This document shows positions 31,099-40,672 of a DNA stretch of 64,000 bases, in pieces. How positions within the stretch are numbered: position 1 is the stretch's first letter; each line of letters starts with the position of its first letter. The translations under genes and the position numbers were made by a program. The notes under the pieces are model-generated. The model did not search any database. It was not told the origin of the DNA and saw only the letters and a list, made by a program, of their open reading frames with translations. Location of the stretch: the NCBI GenBank assembly GCA_050951545.1, contig JBMNJG010000003.1, positions 231,881 to 295,880 on the forward strand, read 5' to 3'. The stretch comes from Limnochordia bacterium. GTDB lineage: Bacteria > Bacillota > Limnochordia > DTU080.

Positions 31099-31586
31099 GG
31101 CGTGGACACGATCACGCTCACTAAGGGTGCGATACGCGCATAGCGCGCTGGTCCGATCCCCTTCACGCTCAGCAAATCCTCCACGCTAGCGAATCTGCCG
31201 CGTTTGGCACGTTCCTTCAGGATACTGCGGGCGAGTACCGGACCGATACCCGGCAGTTGTTCCAGCTCTTTCTGAGTGGCTGTGTTCAGATCTAGCACGG
31301 TCAGCACTGGCGTCGGCTCGCTGGACGCCTTCTCAGAATCATGCGTTTCGGCCACCCGCTGACCAACAGACTCCTCCGCTGCAGCCTCTGTTTCCTGAGA
31401 TGCTTTCTGATCTTTTTCAGTGTTGCTCGGTAGCTTCGCAGCCTGCACCCTGGTGATGAGAGGAGCTCCAATCCACTCAAGACTGCTGCGACCCGGCCCA
31501 GCTACCAACCACCATCGCCAGCCAACACCCGAAACGAGTACAAGACTGAGAAAGAAAAGAAGCCGCACCTGTTGACGCTGGGACAT
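31095..31586 (-). CDS. comEA: ComEA helix-hairpin-helix DNA receptor
   Basis: N-terminal TM; LDLNTATQKELEQLPGIGPVLARSI...FASVEDLLSVKGIG. Confidence 0.92.
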   Translation of the reverse strand: MSQRQQVRLLFFLSLVLVSGVGWRWWLVAGPGRSSLEWIGAPLITRVQAAKLPSNTEKDQKASQETEAAAEESVGQRVAETHDSEKASSEPTPVLTVLDLNTATQKELEQLPGIGPVLARSILKERAKRGRFASVEDLLSVKGIGPARYARIAPLVSVIVSTP

Positions 31587-31642
31587 ATTCTAGCCTCCCC
31601 AGCCTCACGGCACAGCCTGTGGCGATAGATCTCGCCTGGTTA

Positions 31643-31669
31643 ATTCACCGCCAGGACACATATCCCTGC
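31643..31669 (-). promoter_or_regulatory. SigH-like promoter upstream of comEA
   Basis: GCAGGGATA-N11-GGTGAAT versus B. subtilis SigH RNAGGAWWW-N11/12-RNNGAAT. Confidence 0.55.
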
Positions 31670-31676
31670 TCGTAGC

Positions 31677-32522
31677 CTAGCTTTCGCCTTCCCTGTGGTC
31701 GCTACCGCCCCCATGGCGATGGTAGGGAACCGGTACATACTGGACAGAGGGGCGTCGCTGCCCCGGCTGCGGATACAGCTCCATCAGCTGGTAGATGCGG
31801 CGCGGCAAACCGCAGGAGACAGGAATACCCAGGTTGGCCAATGCTTCACAGGTAATGGGGTAGTCATGTGTCCAGCGACCGCCCGTCAAGATCTCTGCAG
31901 TCTCCTCGGCCCGATCTTGCAGCTTTTCTCGCAGGATCTCTGTGACGACCTCTCGCACCTGGCGCAAAGCCTTGCTGGCCATGTCCGCGAGGATTAGCGT
32001 CTCATCATCGACCCTGTTGGGGTCCTTCTTCGCTACCGCGGCAATGATTGAAGCTGCAGGATACTGCCCGAGCTGAGGGTCCATGGGGCCCAAGACTGCA
32101 TTCTCATCCATACGGATCTCGTCTGCCGCCAAGGCGATCATGGTACCGCCTGACATGGCGTAATGCGGGACATAGACTGTCACCTTGGCCGGGTGCTTCA
32201 TGAGAGCCCTAGCGATCTGCTCGCTAGCCAAGACCAGTCCACCCGGTGTATGTAGGATCAGATCGATGGGGACGTCGTCCGGAGTCAAGCGAATCGCCCG
32301 CAGAATCTCCTCTGAGTCCTCCACATTGATGAAGCGGCGGGTGAGCAAGCCAAGAAAGCTCATCGACTCCTGGCGGTGGATCAGTGTGATCAGACGCGTT
32401 CCTCGCTCTTCCTGTAGTTTGCGCATATGCGCTAGCCTGGCCGACTCCACACGTCGCTGCCTGATCATAGGCGTCAGGGAGCTGATAATGAAAAAGATCC
32501 ATATCAAGTCAAAAAAACCCAT
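31677..32522 (-). CDS. SDH-family Clp-fold (ClpP-class) serine protease
   Basis: LIHRQE, DLILHTPGGLVLASEQIA, VPHYAMSGGTMIALAADEI, GRWTHDYPI; ATG after GGAGGT. Confidence 0.9.
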   Translation of the reverse strand: MGFFDLIWIFFIISSLTPMIRQRRVESARLAHMRKLQEERGTRLITLIHRQESMSFLGLLTRRFINVEDSEEILRAIRLTPDDVPIDLILHTPGGLVLASEQIARALMKHPAKVTVYVPHYAMSGGTMIALAADEIRMDENAVLGPMDPQLGQYPAASIIAAVAKKDPNRVDDETLILADMASKALRQVREVVTEILREKLQDRAEETAEILTGGRWTHDYPITCEALANLGIPVSCGLPRRIYQLMELYPQPGQRRPSVQYVPVPYHRHGGGSDHREGES

Positions 32523-32643
32523 GCTCGCACCTCCATCCCTATTGTTACCTAGTTCCATCTGCTGCAGCGACCAGAAAGAGGAGAGTCTCCTTGTCACTAC
32601 GAAAGAAGTCAACAACCCCCGGCATGGAAAGGAGTCTCCACGC

Positions 32644-34026
32644 ATGAAGCTAGACCACAGCCTGCGTGCCAAAGACTTGGCACCAGCCATTGAGCGCCTG
32701 TTTTCTTTGTCTGAGCAGAAGATCCACAGTCTGCAGGATACCTGGGATCCCACCAGGGGTACGCCCGTATTCACAGTAAAGGGCCGCTACACCACCCGTG
32801 GATGGACCGAGTGGACCCAAGGGTTCCAGTATGGATCCGTCATTCTACAATTCGACGCTACAGGGGACGAATCCCTGTTGGAGCTAGGCCGGCGCTTGAC
32901 CCTCGATCACATGGATACCCATCTTACGCATACAGGTGTCCACGATCACGGCTTCAACAACGTCTCTACCTACGGCAATCTCAGGCGTCTAGCCCTGGAA
33001 GGCAGGTACAACGTCTCACCATGGGAGATGCGCCTGTACGAGCTAGCGCTCAAGGTTTCGGCGGCTGTCCAGGCCTCGCGCTGGACGCTTACGCATGACA
33101 CCACTGGCTACATCTACTCCTTTAACGGCCCCCAGTCACTTTTCGTTGACACCATCCGCACATTGCGGATCTTGGCCTTAGGCCATGCCCTGGGACACTC
33201 GCTGATGGGTGAAGGGGATCGCCAGACCTCGCTACTGTCGCGCTTAGTAGAACACGCCGTGAACACCACACGCTACAACATCTACTTCGGTGAAGGACGG
33301 GATGCCTACGACATTCGGGGCCGTGTGGCTCACGAAGCGGTGTTCAACACCAACGACGGGCAGTTCCGCTGCCCTAATTCCCAACAGGGCTACTCGCCTT
33401 TTAGCACCTGGACGCGCGGGTTGGCCTGGGCCATTACTGGCTATGCAGAGCAACTAGAATTCCTCATCGACGTACCGGAAGCAGATTTCCCTGACGCCTT
33501 CCCCAAAGCCGAGGTGCTTTCCCTGTTTGTGAAGACGGCTAAGGCTACCGCCGACTTCTACATCGAGCATACAGCTGCTGATGGCATTCCCTACTGGGAC
33601 ACTGGCGCTCCTGGCCTCAACCAGCTAGGTGACTACCGCAGCAAACCAGCTGATCCGTACAACGACTGGGAGCCTGTAGATAGCTCGGCTGCAGCTATTG
33701 CAGCTCAAGGTCTGCTGCGCTTGGCGCGACTCTTAACTTCACAGCAGGATGCCGGGGCAGAACGCTACGCTACAGCAGGACTGACAGTGGCTCGTGCCTT
33801 GTGCCAAGAACCCTACCTCTCCACCGATCCGCAGCATCAAGGACTGCTGCTACACTCCGTCTACCACCGACCCAATGGCTGGGACTACATACCGCCCGGC
33901 AGTCGCATACCCCATTCGGAGTCATCCATGTGGGGCGACTACCACCTTAGGGAGCTTGCTCTCTACCTCAAGAGAGAGATAGAAGGTGGCCCCTACTTCA
34001 CGTTCTTTGGCCCACGTTCCAGCTAA
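32644..34026 (+). CDS. GH88-like (unsaturated glucuronyl hydrolase-type) glycoside hydrolase
   Basis: WTEWTQGFQYG, HDHGF, TWTRGLAW, PYWD, DSSAAAIAAQGL, WGDY; start trimmed to ATG 32644. Confidence 0.8.
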   Translation: MKLDHSLRAKDLAPAIERLFSLSEQKIHSLQDTWDPTRGTPVFTVKGRYTTRGWTEWTQGFQYGSVILQFDATGDESLLELGRRLTLDHMDTHLTHTGVHDHGFNNVSTYGNLRRLALEGRYNVSPWEMRLYELALKVSAAVQASRWTLTHDTTGYIYSFNGPQSLFVDTIRTLRILALGHALGHSLMGEGDRQTSLLSRLVEHAVNTTRYNIYFGEGRDAYDIRGRVAHEAVFNTNDGQFRCPNSQQGYSPFSTWTRGLAWAITGYAEQLEFLIDVPEADFPDAFPKAEVLSLFVKTAKATADFYIEHTAADGIPYWDTGAPGLNQLGDYRSKPADPYNDWEPVDSSAAAIAAQGLLRLARLLTSQQDAGAERYATAGLTVARALCQEPYLSTDPQHQGLLLHSVYHRPNGWDYIPPGSRIPHSESSMWGDYHLRELALYLKREIEGGPYFTFFGPRSS

Positions 34027-34031
34027 CCATG

Positions 34032-34059
34032 ATGGAGGCCTCCATTCCCAGGAGGCCTC
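34032..34059. terminator. Hairpin between convergent genes
   Basis: GAGGCCTCC-N7-GGAGGCCTC stem; the overlapping ATGGAGGCCTCCAT is itself palindromic. Confidence 0.45.
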
Positions 34060-34068
34060 GTCTCTAGC

Positions 34069-34992
34069 CTAGAACTTCGGCTGAATGGCGACATAGACAG
34101 TAGGTGCTGGCTTACCATCAATGGGGTGCTCCAAACGCAACAAGGCCTGAAAGCGCCAAGTGTCCTGATCGAGTGAATACCACCCCTGATACAAGGGCAC
34201 ATCGCGCCCCAACGATGTGGTAGCAGCCGACAAAGAGAGCTCGGTCTTGCCCTCAAAGGGATCTCGTACGGCAAAGCGAACCTGGGCCATGGGCCTCACG
34301 CGATCAGCGCCCAGGATAAAGCCCCCCTGAGTGGTCAAAGAACCTGGCCCCAACCTGATCTCTGGGCCCGTAGAGATACCCAACCGGTACCCCGCCTCTC
34401 CAACATGACGTCGGAACGTAGCATCTTGGCTCCACTTCAGGCCCCAGTCGTGAGCTACATTGGCAGCCATCGTCGTCTGAAGATATATGTACGGCTTGCC
34501 TTCAACGATGCCATTAATGACGTCCTCATTCTCCCAAGGGAATGTGGCCATTCGTCTTTCTACGTAGCCCAACGTAACGTTTCCCTTCATGCTACCGAAC
34601 ATGCCTTGCGCCTCCAGTGAGAAACGCCGACCTAGATTATCGGCCTGTTGCTGCAGAAATGCCGAGCCCTTGACCGATGCATAGTATGACAAGGGTTGCA
34701 TGCGCCACAGCTCACCCTCCAAACCGATACTCACGAGGCTCTCCTCAGCCTTTGGAGTCAGGACACTCGATAGATGAAGTCCGACGTCATAGTTCTTGCC
34801 CGTCTTTTTCAGGGTGGCACCGATCAATGCACACAGAGAGCCGAGCCTGTCTTGGTAGCCAAGAGCCGTCAACAACTCCATACGCGGTGCCGCTTGGGCT
34901 GGTCCTGAAGAAACAAGACTGACAAGCACCAAGGCGAGTACCCCGATACTGAGCCGCGACTTCACGCAGCTCACCGCTCGCCAAGAGTCCAT
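34069..34992 (-). CDS. Secreted hypothetical protein, putative outer-membrane beta-barrel
   Basis: Signal peptide ending PAQA; many alternating amphipathic strands; C-terminal VYVAIQPKF resembling a beta-signal. Confidence 0.6.
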   Translation of the reverse strand: MDSWRAVSCVKSRLSIGVLALVLVSLVSSGPAQAAPRMELLTALGYQDRLGSLCALIGATLKKTGKNYDVGLHLSSVLTPKAEESLVSIGLEGELWRMQPLSYYASVKGSAFLQQQADNLGRRFSLEAQGMFGSMKGNVTLGYVERRMATFPWENEDVINGIVEGKPYIYLQTTMAANVAHDWGLKWSQDATFRRHVGEAGYRLGISTGPEIRLGPGSLTTQGGFILGADRVRPMAQVRFAVRDPFEGKTELSLSAATTSLGRDVPLYQGWYSLDQDTWRFQALLRLEHPIDGKPAPTVYVAIQPKF

Positions 34993-35038
34993 CGCACCAC
35001 AGCCTCCCTGCCCTCCTGAGTACCGCGTACACATGCCC

Positions 35039-36346
35039 TTATCTTCCTGCCGAAGCCTTCGTCGCCGCGATTCTCGCCAACAAGGTCTCTTTTGCCGCAC
35101 CAATATCTGGATCTTCCCCCCTGTACCACGCAGCCAAATACTTCAGATCCATGGGAACGGTAACGTCTGGTCTCATGCCGTCTTTCAGAGTGTGCTGTTT
35201 CGGCGATGAGTAGTAAGTGATCGTCACCGACAGCCCCGAACCGTCGACTAGCTCGTACCCGCCAGCCAGTGCTCCTGCTCCTGTAGCTGTAGGCCGACCA
35301 ACTACGACAGCCCGTCCGATCTCCTGCATCGCCACAGCAAGAATGTCCCAGGTTGTGGAGTCGTCTACCACAAAGGCCACGGGCTTCTTGTACACATCCA
35401 TAGCTGTAGGAGGCGGGGTCAACAGCGACCTCCACCACGAGTCAGAGGAGGAGCTCTCCCACTTACGCTGCGGAGTCAGCAAGAAAGTGCCTTGTCTGGA
35501 GACCAAGGTCCCCAAAGATAGGTCGGTAAACAGCCCAGCAATCCTCAGTATGGGCATCATATGACTGAGATCAATGGCGCTCCAACCCGAACGCAGGTCG
35601 ATGATGAGCCCCTGCGTGCGCTGCAGCTTGCGCAAATGGCCCAGCACCTTCAGCTCGAAACCATCGCCTCCGCCGGGCAGATAGAGATAACCGATGTTAT
35701 CAGGAAGCACCTTGGAACGCACGTCGGCCACAAATCTCACATCGGTCCGTGAGAGAGTAACACTACGAGACTTATTCGATGGGTCCATAAGCGAGAGAAT
35801 GACCTTGGTACCCTTGTCCCCTCGAATGCGCTGAGCAACAGCAGCCACTGGTAATCCCTTCACCGAATGTCCGTCAACCGCAGTAATGCGCGTTCCTTGG
35901 CGAATTCCGGCCCGAGCAGCCGGGCTCTTCGGAAGCACTTGCCGAGCGACCACTGAACCGTCGGGTGCCTGTGTCAGAAGTACTCCGATGCCTACAACAT
36001 CAAGGCGATCTTCAGCCAACTTCGCCTGTCTCAGCTCGACCATCTGCTCTGGACTGAGGTAATAGGTATGCGGATCGTTCAGTCGAGATAGCATGCGATC
36101 AATGACGCTATGGGTGGCGGCTACATCCTTCGCCTTCTCTGCAAGTGGCCTCAGCTCACGCCAAGTCGCCTGCCACTCGAGAGGTTTGAAACCCGGACCA
36201 GCATAGGACTCATCCACGGCCCCCCATACGGCATCAAAAAGCTCCACATTCGAAAGTGTCTGTGCCGCGAAAGCGAGCTGAGCAACTACCACTATCAATA
36301 GAAAGGCGATCACCAAGTTGCGCAGGAATCCCGATGCCCGTGCCAT
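35039..36346 (-). CDS. PDZ + S41 (CtpA-like) peptidase homologue, catalytic motifs degenerate
   Basis: Signal peptide (AFA), LNDPHTYY, PDZ (GIGV..SPAARAGI..ITAVDG), IIDLR, GRAVVVGRPT, GMRPDV; SASASE and GKG motifs absent. Confidence 0.85.
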   Translation of the reverse strand: MARASGFLRNLVIAFLLIVVVAQLAFAAQTLSNVELFDAVWGAVDESYAGPGFKPLEWQATWRELRPLAEKAKDVAATHSVIDRMLSRLNDPHTYYLSPEQMVELRQAKLAEDRLDVVGIGVLLTQAPDGSVVARQVLPKSPAARAGIRQGTRITAVDGHSVKGLPVAAVAQRIRGDKGTKVILSLMDPSNKSRSVTLSRTDVRFVADVRSKVLPDNIGYLYLPGGGDGFELKVLGHLRKLQRTQGLIIDLRSGWSAIDLSHMMPILRIAGLFTDLSLGTLVSRQGTFLLTPQRKWESSSSDSWWRSLLTPPPTAMDVYKKPVAFVVDDSTTWDILAVAMQEIGRAVVVGRPTATGAGALAGGYELVDGSGLSVTITYYSSPKQHTLKDGMRPDVTVPMDLKYLAAWYRGEDPDIGAAKETLLARIAATKASAGR

Positions 36347-36444
36347 TGGGCAATCACCTCAATTCGCCGCGTCAGAAGTTACACATCTGAATGTTACTTC
36401 TGGGTCTGTCACTCTTCTCCCTGCCGCGCTCCCTTCGCGATTCC

Positions 36445-38232
36445 TCACTCTGTCACCAAGAGACAAGCAGACTGGGGCCCCATGCGTAAGTGCACTGGTT
36501 CGCGACGAATACCACTGGTAGCAGCCTGTGTTGGCTGCTCATCCTGTGCGAGGTGCCCCCAACCTGTAAGGTTAATCATCTTGAGGCATTCATGTGCCTT
36601 GAGCCATCCACTGGGCAAGGCCAGCTGCCGTTCGTGCCAGGCAGTATTGAAGACACCCACCACGTTGCCCGCAGAATGCGTCCGCAACATAGCATACAAG
36701 GGATCTCCCGATTCCCGCCACAACGAACGAAAACCTCCTCGCCGCAGAGCCGGATACCGCTTCCGCAGCCGAATCAGATGCCGATAGAGGTCTAATAGCT
36801 CACGGTTCTGTTTGCCAGGATCCCACACCATGCCTCGTCGACACTCCGGATCGCTCCAACCACGCATGCCTACCTCATCGCCATAGTAGACCTGAGGTAT
36901 CCCAGGCGACACGAACTGAAACGCCGTCAAGAGTTTGGCTTTGTTGTGATCGCCGCCCATCAACTCCAAGACTCGTGGTGTGTCATGGCTCCCGAGCAAA
37001 TTGAGTGACGAACGCAAAGCCTCCAAACGAGCACTGCAGTAGTGCTTAGTCAACTGCCCGTCAAGCCAGGCCGCATCTGAACGCCAGCCGGAGAAGAAAG
37101 CCAGAGCGGCGTCTCTCCACGGATAGGCGGTCACACCGTCCAGAGTATCACCGCGCAGCCAGGGTTCGGCGCCGTGCCAGATTTCGCCGACAATGTACGC
37201 CTGTGGGTGAACGGCCCGTGCCCTTCTTCGCAGCTCACGCATGAACTCCAGGTCCATCTCGTTGGCGACGTCAAGACGCCAGCCGTCGATCTGCGCCTCG
37301 CGTATCCAATAGGTGGCCACATCAAGAAAATACTCGCGCGTCTGCGGATTTGAGAGGCGCAGTTTCGGCATCTCGGATATGGCTGATCCAAAAGTCTCGT
37401 AGTTTGGTGGATACATGCGTACCGGGTAGCCATAGATATGGAACCAGTCTTTGTAGGGCGAAGCTTCACCGTTTGTCAGCACGTCCTGAAATGCGAAGAA
37501 GCCTACGCCGCAGTGATTGAAAACGCCATCCAGTACCACATGCATACCCCGAGCATGTGCCTGTGAAGTCAATGCGCGCAACGTATCGAGATCGCCAAAC
37601 TCAGGATCTAGCTCATAGTAGTCTGTGGGATCATACTTGTGAGCCGATGGAGCGAGAAAGATGGGAGTCAGGTAGATCATATCTATTCCCAACTCCTGGA
37701 GATAGGGCAGTGCATCAACAACTCCCTGCAGATCACCACCTAGACGAGTCTTCAAACAGGGTTTGCTATACCAGTCGCTGACGTGTGGCGGGTCATTCTC
37801 TAGATTGCCGTTGCGGAAACGATCAAGGAACACCTGGTAGCAGACCGCATCCTGCGCCCAGTCAGGCCCGTCCCAAGTAGGCAAGGCCGCAACATGGGGC
37901 ATCTGAAAGACTCTCGTTGACCATAGATCCTGACTTAGTCCCGCCTCTGAGAACCACCCCTCCTGCCCATCACTGCCCTCCAAGTAGAAGACATACTTGA
38001 AGCGTCCGCTGGTGAGTGCCAACTGACCGATGAAGTAATCATGGAGTTCATCCGAACCTACTTTGCTGAGCGTGGCTCGTCCTGACATGTCATCGTTGTA
38101 GCGGTCGCCGTAGACGACATAGGCCGATGCCACATCGCCTCGTTGGGCTTTCAACAACACACGCAGTCCATGAGAACCTTCGTCTTGCACAAACGGAGGC
38201 CATGGAGAATGGCAGAGCGAAGCAGCCTGCAC
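36445..38232 (-). CDS. GH13 neopullulanase/cyclomaltodextrinase-type alpha-amylase
   Basis: YQVFLDRF, GGDLQG, LDGVFNH, DGWRLDVANE, VGEIWH, LLGSHDTPR, YYGDEVG. Confidence 0.93.
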   Translation of the reverse strand: MQAASLCHSPWPPFVQDEGSHGLRVLLKAQRGDVASAYVVYGDRYNDDMSGRATLSKVGSDELHDYFIGQLALTSGRFKYVFYLEGSDGQEGWFSEAGLSQDLWSTRVFQMPHVAALPTWDGPDWAQDAVCYQVFLDRFRNGNLENDPPHVSDWYSKPCLKTRLGGDLQGVVDALPYLQELGIDMIYLTPIFLAPSAHKYDPTDYYELDPEFGDLDTLRALTSQAHARGMHVVLDGVFNHCGVGFFAFQDVLTNGEASPYKDWFHIYGYPVRMYPPNYETFGSAISEMPKLRLSNPQTREYFLDVATYWIREAQIDGWRLDVANEMDLEFMRELRRRARAVHPQAYIVGEIWHGAEPWLRGDTLDGVTAYPWRDAALAFFSGWRSDAAWLDGQLTKHYCSARLEALRSSLNLLGSHDTPRVLELMGGDHNKAKLLTAFQFVSPGIPQVYYGDEVGMRGWSDPECRRGMVWDPGKQNRELLDLYRHLIRLRKRYPALRRGGFRSLWRESGDPLYAMLRTHSAGNVVGVFNTAWHERQLALPSGWLKAHECLKMINLTGWGHLAQDEQPTQAATSGIRREPVHLRMGPQSACLLVTE

Positions 38233-38402
38233 AGCGCATTACCTCCCAGGAAAGAAGTCCATGTTCGACAAAGAGCTTCTACACGTTCTGCTCCTGGAGA
38301 GCAGGCGAAGAGAGCACTCTCTTCGCCTTCCGCTTCGCTGAGCTGCACCTTAGGTCCTTGATGTAAATACTGCTCTAGATGGAGTAAAGCCCCAAACGTC
38401 GC

Positions 38403-39683
38403 CTAGCGCTGCTCTCTGTCCCACTGTGCAAGCGCCAACAGAGCGCGCAGGTAGTAGTAGTCACCCCAGGCGACTGACTGTTCCACTGCCAAGCCCTGTT
38501 TGAAGTTGTATGTTCCCCCTGTCAGCAAGCCGCCCTTGTGCCGCACTTCGGAGTGCGCAAACAGGGAATATCGATGAAGTGCCTGCAACAGCTGACGGGC
38601 TTGCTCCGCCCGATTCGCAGCAGCCAGTGGCTGTTCGTTCTGAAGTGATTGGGCGATGCATAAGAGCCCATAGGCCGCGATGGCGTTGGCTGAGGTGTCC
38701 TTTGCTGCAGGAGTGGGGGCATCGAAGTCCCACGGTGCTACGCGATCCTCGGGCAACCTGCGCATAAAGAAGTCTGCCATCCTCTGAGCCGTCTCTAAGA
38801 AGCTAGGTTCCCGCGTGTGGCAATAAGCTAAGGCAAACCCTGCGATGCCCCAAGCCTGCCCACGACTCCATGTGGAATGACCCAAAAAGCCCTGGTGCGT
38901 CCGACCACGCAGCATAACCCCGGTGCTGCGGTTGAAATCGACGAGATGAAAGCTGCCACCGTCCGCTCGCACGTGATGATGCTGGGTAACCATTGCATGA
39001 CTTGTAGCCACTTCTGCCAAGCGCGGATCTTCGCCCTCCACTGCTGCCCAGTACAGAAGCTCGAGATTCATCATGTTATCGATGATCACCGTACCAGCGT
39101 AAGGCCCCTGTCCTATCGCTCCCCACGATTGGATGAATCCCCCTGGAGCAAAACGTTGCGACAGCGATCGTGCGGCGTTCAAAGCCCCGGTGCGCCATTT
39201 TCCCTCTCCCGTGCGACGGTAGGCCTCCACCCAGGTAGGTACGAAGAGAAAACCAAGATCGTGCGTCCCGGTGTCGAACTGGCGCGGCGCCAACCGCTCG
39301 GTCCATCGGATCGCCATCGCTCTCAGTGCGCCTGCATTTTGCACATCGCCGCGGCGCCTCGCCTCCTCTTCTGCCAGCCACAGCATTCCTGGGAAAAAGC
39401 CACCTGTCCAATCCCCGCTCTTGCTGGTCTGCCACACCAGCTTTTCCGTGACATGGGGAAAGTGCTCACCAGCCTCCGCGTCTATTTGGCGCAAACGGGA
39501 ACAAAGGAGCTCCCAAGCTTCGTCACTCAGAGGAACGACCTCATCAAAGGTAAGAGGGAAACTGACCTGGGAGGGTGCTGCGACCATGATCGCAGTGCTG
39601 AGCTGAAGACAGAACAGTATACCAGCCCACACAACAAGCCTACTCTTTAAAGCAGACCACCGATCCCCACAAAAGCAGCGCAT
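38403..39683 (-). CDS. Secreted GH88 unsaturated glucuronyl hydrolase
   Basis: WTGGFFPG, THDLGF, IIDNMMNLELL, WSRGQAWG, DTSA, WGDYYY; N-terminal hydrophobic signal. Confidence 0.9.
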   Translation of the reverse strand: MRCFCGDRWSALKSRLVVWAGILFCLQLSTAIMVAAPSQVSFPLTFDEVVPLSDEAWELLCSRLRQIDAEAGEHFPHVTEKLVWQTSKSGDWTGGFFPGMLWLAEEEARRRGDVQNAGALRAMAIRWTERLAPRQFDTGTHDLGFLFVPTWVEAYRRTGEGKWRTGALNAARSLSQRFAPGGFIQSWGAIGQGPYAGTVIIDNMMNLELLYWAAVEGEDPRLAEVATSHAMVTQHHHVRADGGSFHLVDFNRSTGVMLRGRTHQGFLGHSTWSRGQAWGIAGFALAYCHTREPSFLETAQRMADFFMRRLPEDRVAPWDFDAPTPAAKDTSANAIAAYGLLCIAQSLQNEQPLAAANRAEQARQLLQALHRYSLFAHSEVRHKGGLLTGGTYNFKQGLAVEQSVAWGDYYYLRALLALAQWDREQR

Positions 39684-39767
39684 CGTCATCACCTCACCGC
39701 GATGCTACCTCACTGTTCGTCAAGTGGTCAACCGCTTAGAGTGTACACGTCACAGCTCAACCACTTA

Positions 39768-39795
39768 GCAGGAATGGTGTCGCGGCGGGAAGAAT
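39768..39795 (+). promoter_or_regulatory. SigH-like promoter
   Basis: GCAGGAATG-N12-GAAGAAT. Confidence 0.65.
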
Positions 39796-39837
39796 ATCGG
39801 CATGAGTCTCTTGGTTCCAGGAAAGGGTGGTCACCTC

Positions 39838-40533
39838 ATGAAATCGACCAAACGGCTCCTGCTTACCGTCTGTCTCGCTATGCTCTTTGTAGGCTACATG
39901 GTAGCACTGGCTCGTGCCGCAGAGGGCAGAGCGCTCCTTGTGTGCACACCCGAGAAGTGCGTCTCCTCGTGGACCCGAGCGTCCGACAGCGGCCTGGTAG
40001 CTGAGATCGTCGGTGATTTCCAGGTAGACTACAAGGAGTTCACTATCAGCGGGGTGCGCGGGCAGTTTTCACAACCGCCTCAAGACAAAAGCAAAGCGAC
40101 CACCAGACTGCGCGCCGTTGTGACAGAGGCTCCACGCCTCGCCCAGTCCGGAACCGACGCTTTTGAACTCACCGCAGGTGATCAAATCGAGATCGATCTC
40201 GAGGACGAACATATCAATGCCACGGGCGGCATCCGCATCCACTCCAAAGAGACTCTGATCACTGCTGAACAGCTTGTGGGAGGGCAACCACCGCAGATGC
40301 GGCCACTCATAGAGCAGGCCTGTAAAGACATGGAAGGACGCATAGCTGCCCTGGTTCAGGAATGGCTAACCAAAGCAAGCCCTGAGGACCGTCTGATGCT
40401 TATCGAGGGCAACGTTAAGGCAGTTGACCCTAGCTTCACGTTCAGCGGCCAGAAGCTGGTGGCCAACATATCATCTGAAGCCTATCTTTTCATCGGACCA
40501 CACACGATGGAAATGAACATCGACGAGAAATAG
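39838..40533 (+). CDS. Secreted hypothetical protein, OstA/LptA-like beta-jellyroll
   Basis: Signal peptide (ARA-AE); INATGGIRI..LITAEQL and LIEGNVKAV..FSGQKLVAN repeats typical of OstA/LptA. Confidence 0.5.
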   Translation: MKSTKRLLLTVCLAMLFVGYMVALARAAEGRALLVCTPEKCVSSWTRASDSGLVAEIVGDFQVDYKEFTISGVRGQFSQPPQDKSKATTRLRAVVTEAPRLAQSGTDAFELTAGDQIEIDLEDEHINATGGIRIHSKETLITAEQLVGGQPPQMRPLIEQACKDMEGRIAALVQEWLTKASPEDRLMLIEGNVKAVDPSFTFSGQKLVANISSEAYLFIGPHTMEMNIDEK

Positions 40534-40672
40534 AGCCACGGCTCCTTTGTCGCCGTCTAGGATATCGGGCTTCGGGTATCCTAGACCTAGTGCAGACCGT
40601 AGCACACTAAATAGGTGCAGGCACGAGCACCCACGCCAGATGCTCATGCCGACAGAGGAGTCCGCCGATCAC

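Noticed and set aside
32185-32774. Apparent 590-bp antisense overlap between the SDH protease and GH88-like ORFs
   Set aside because: Artefact of longest-ORF calling; RBS-supported starts at 32522 (-) and 32644 (+) leave a normal divergent gap
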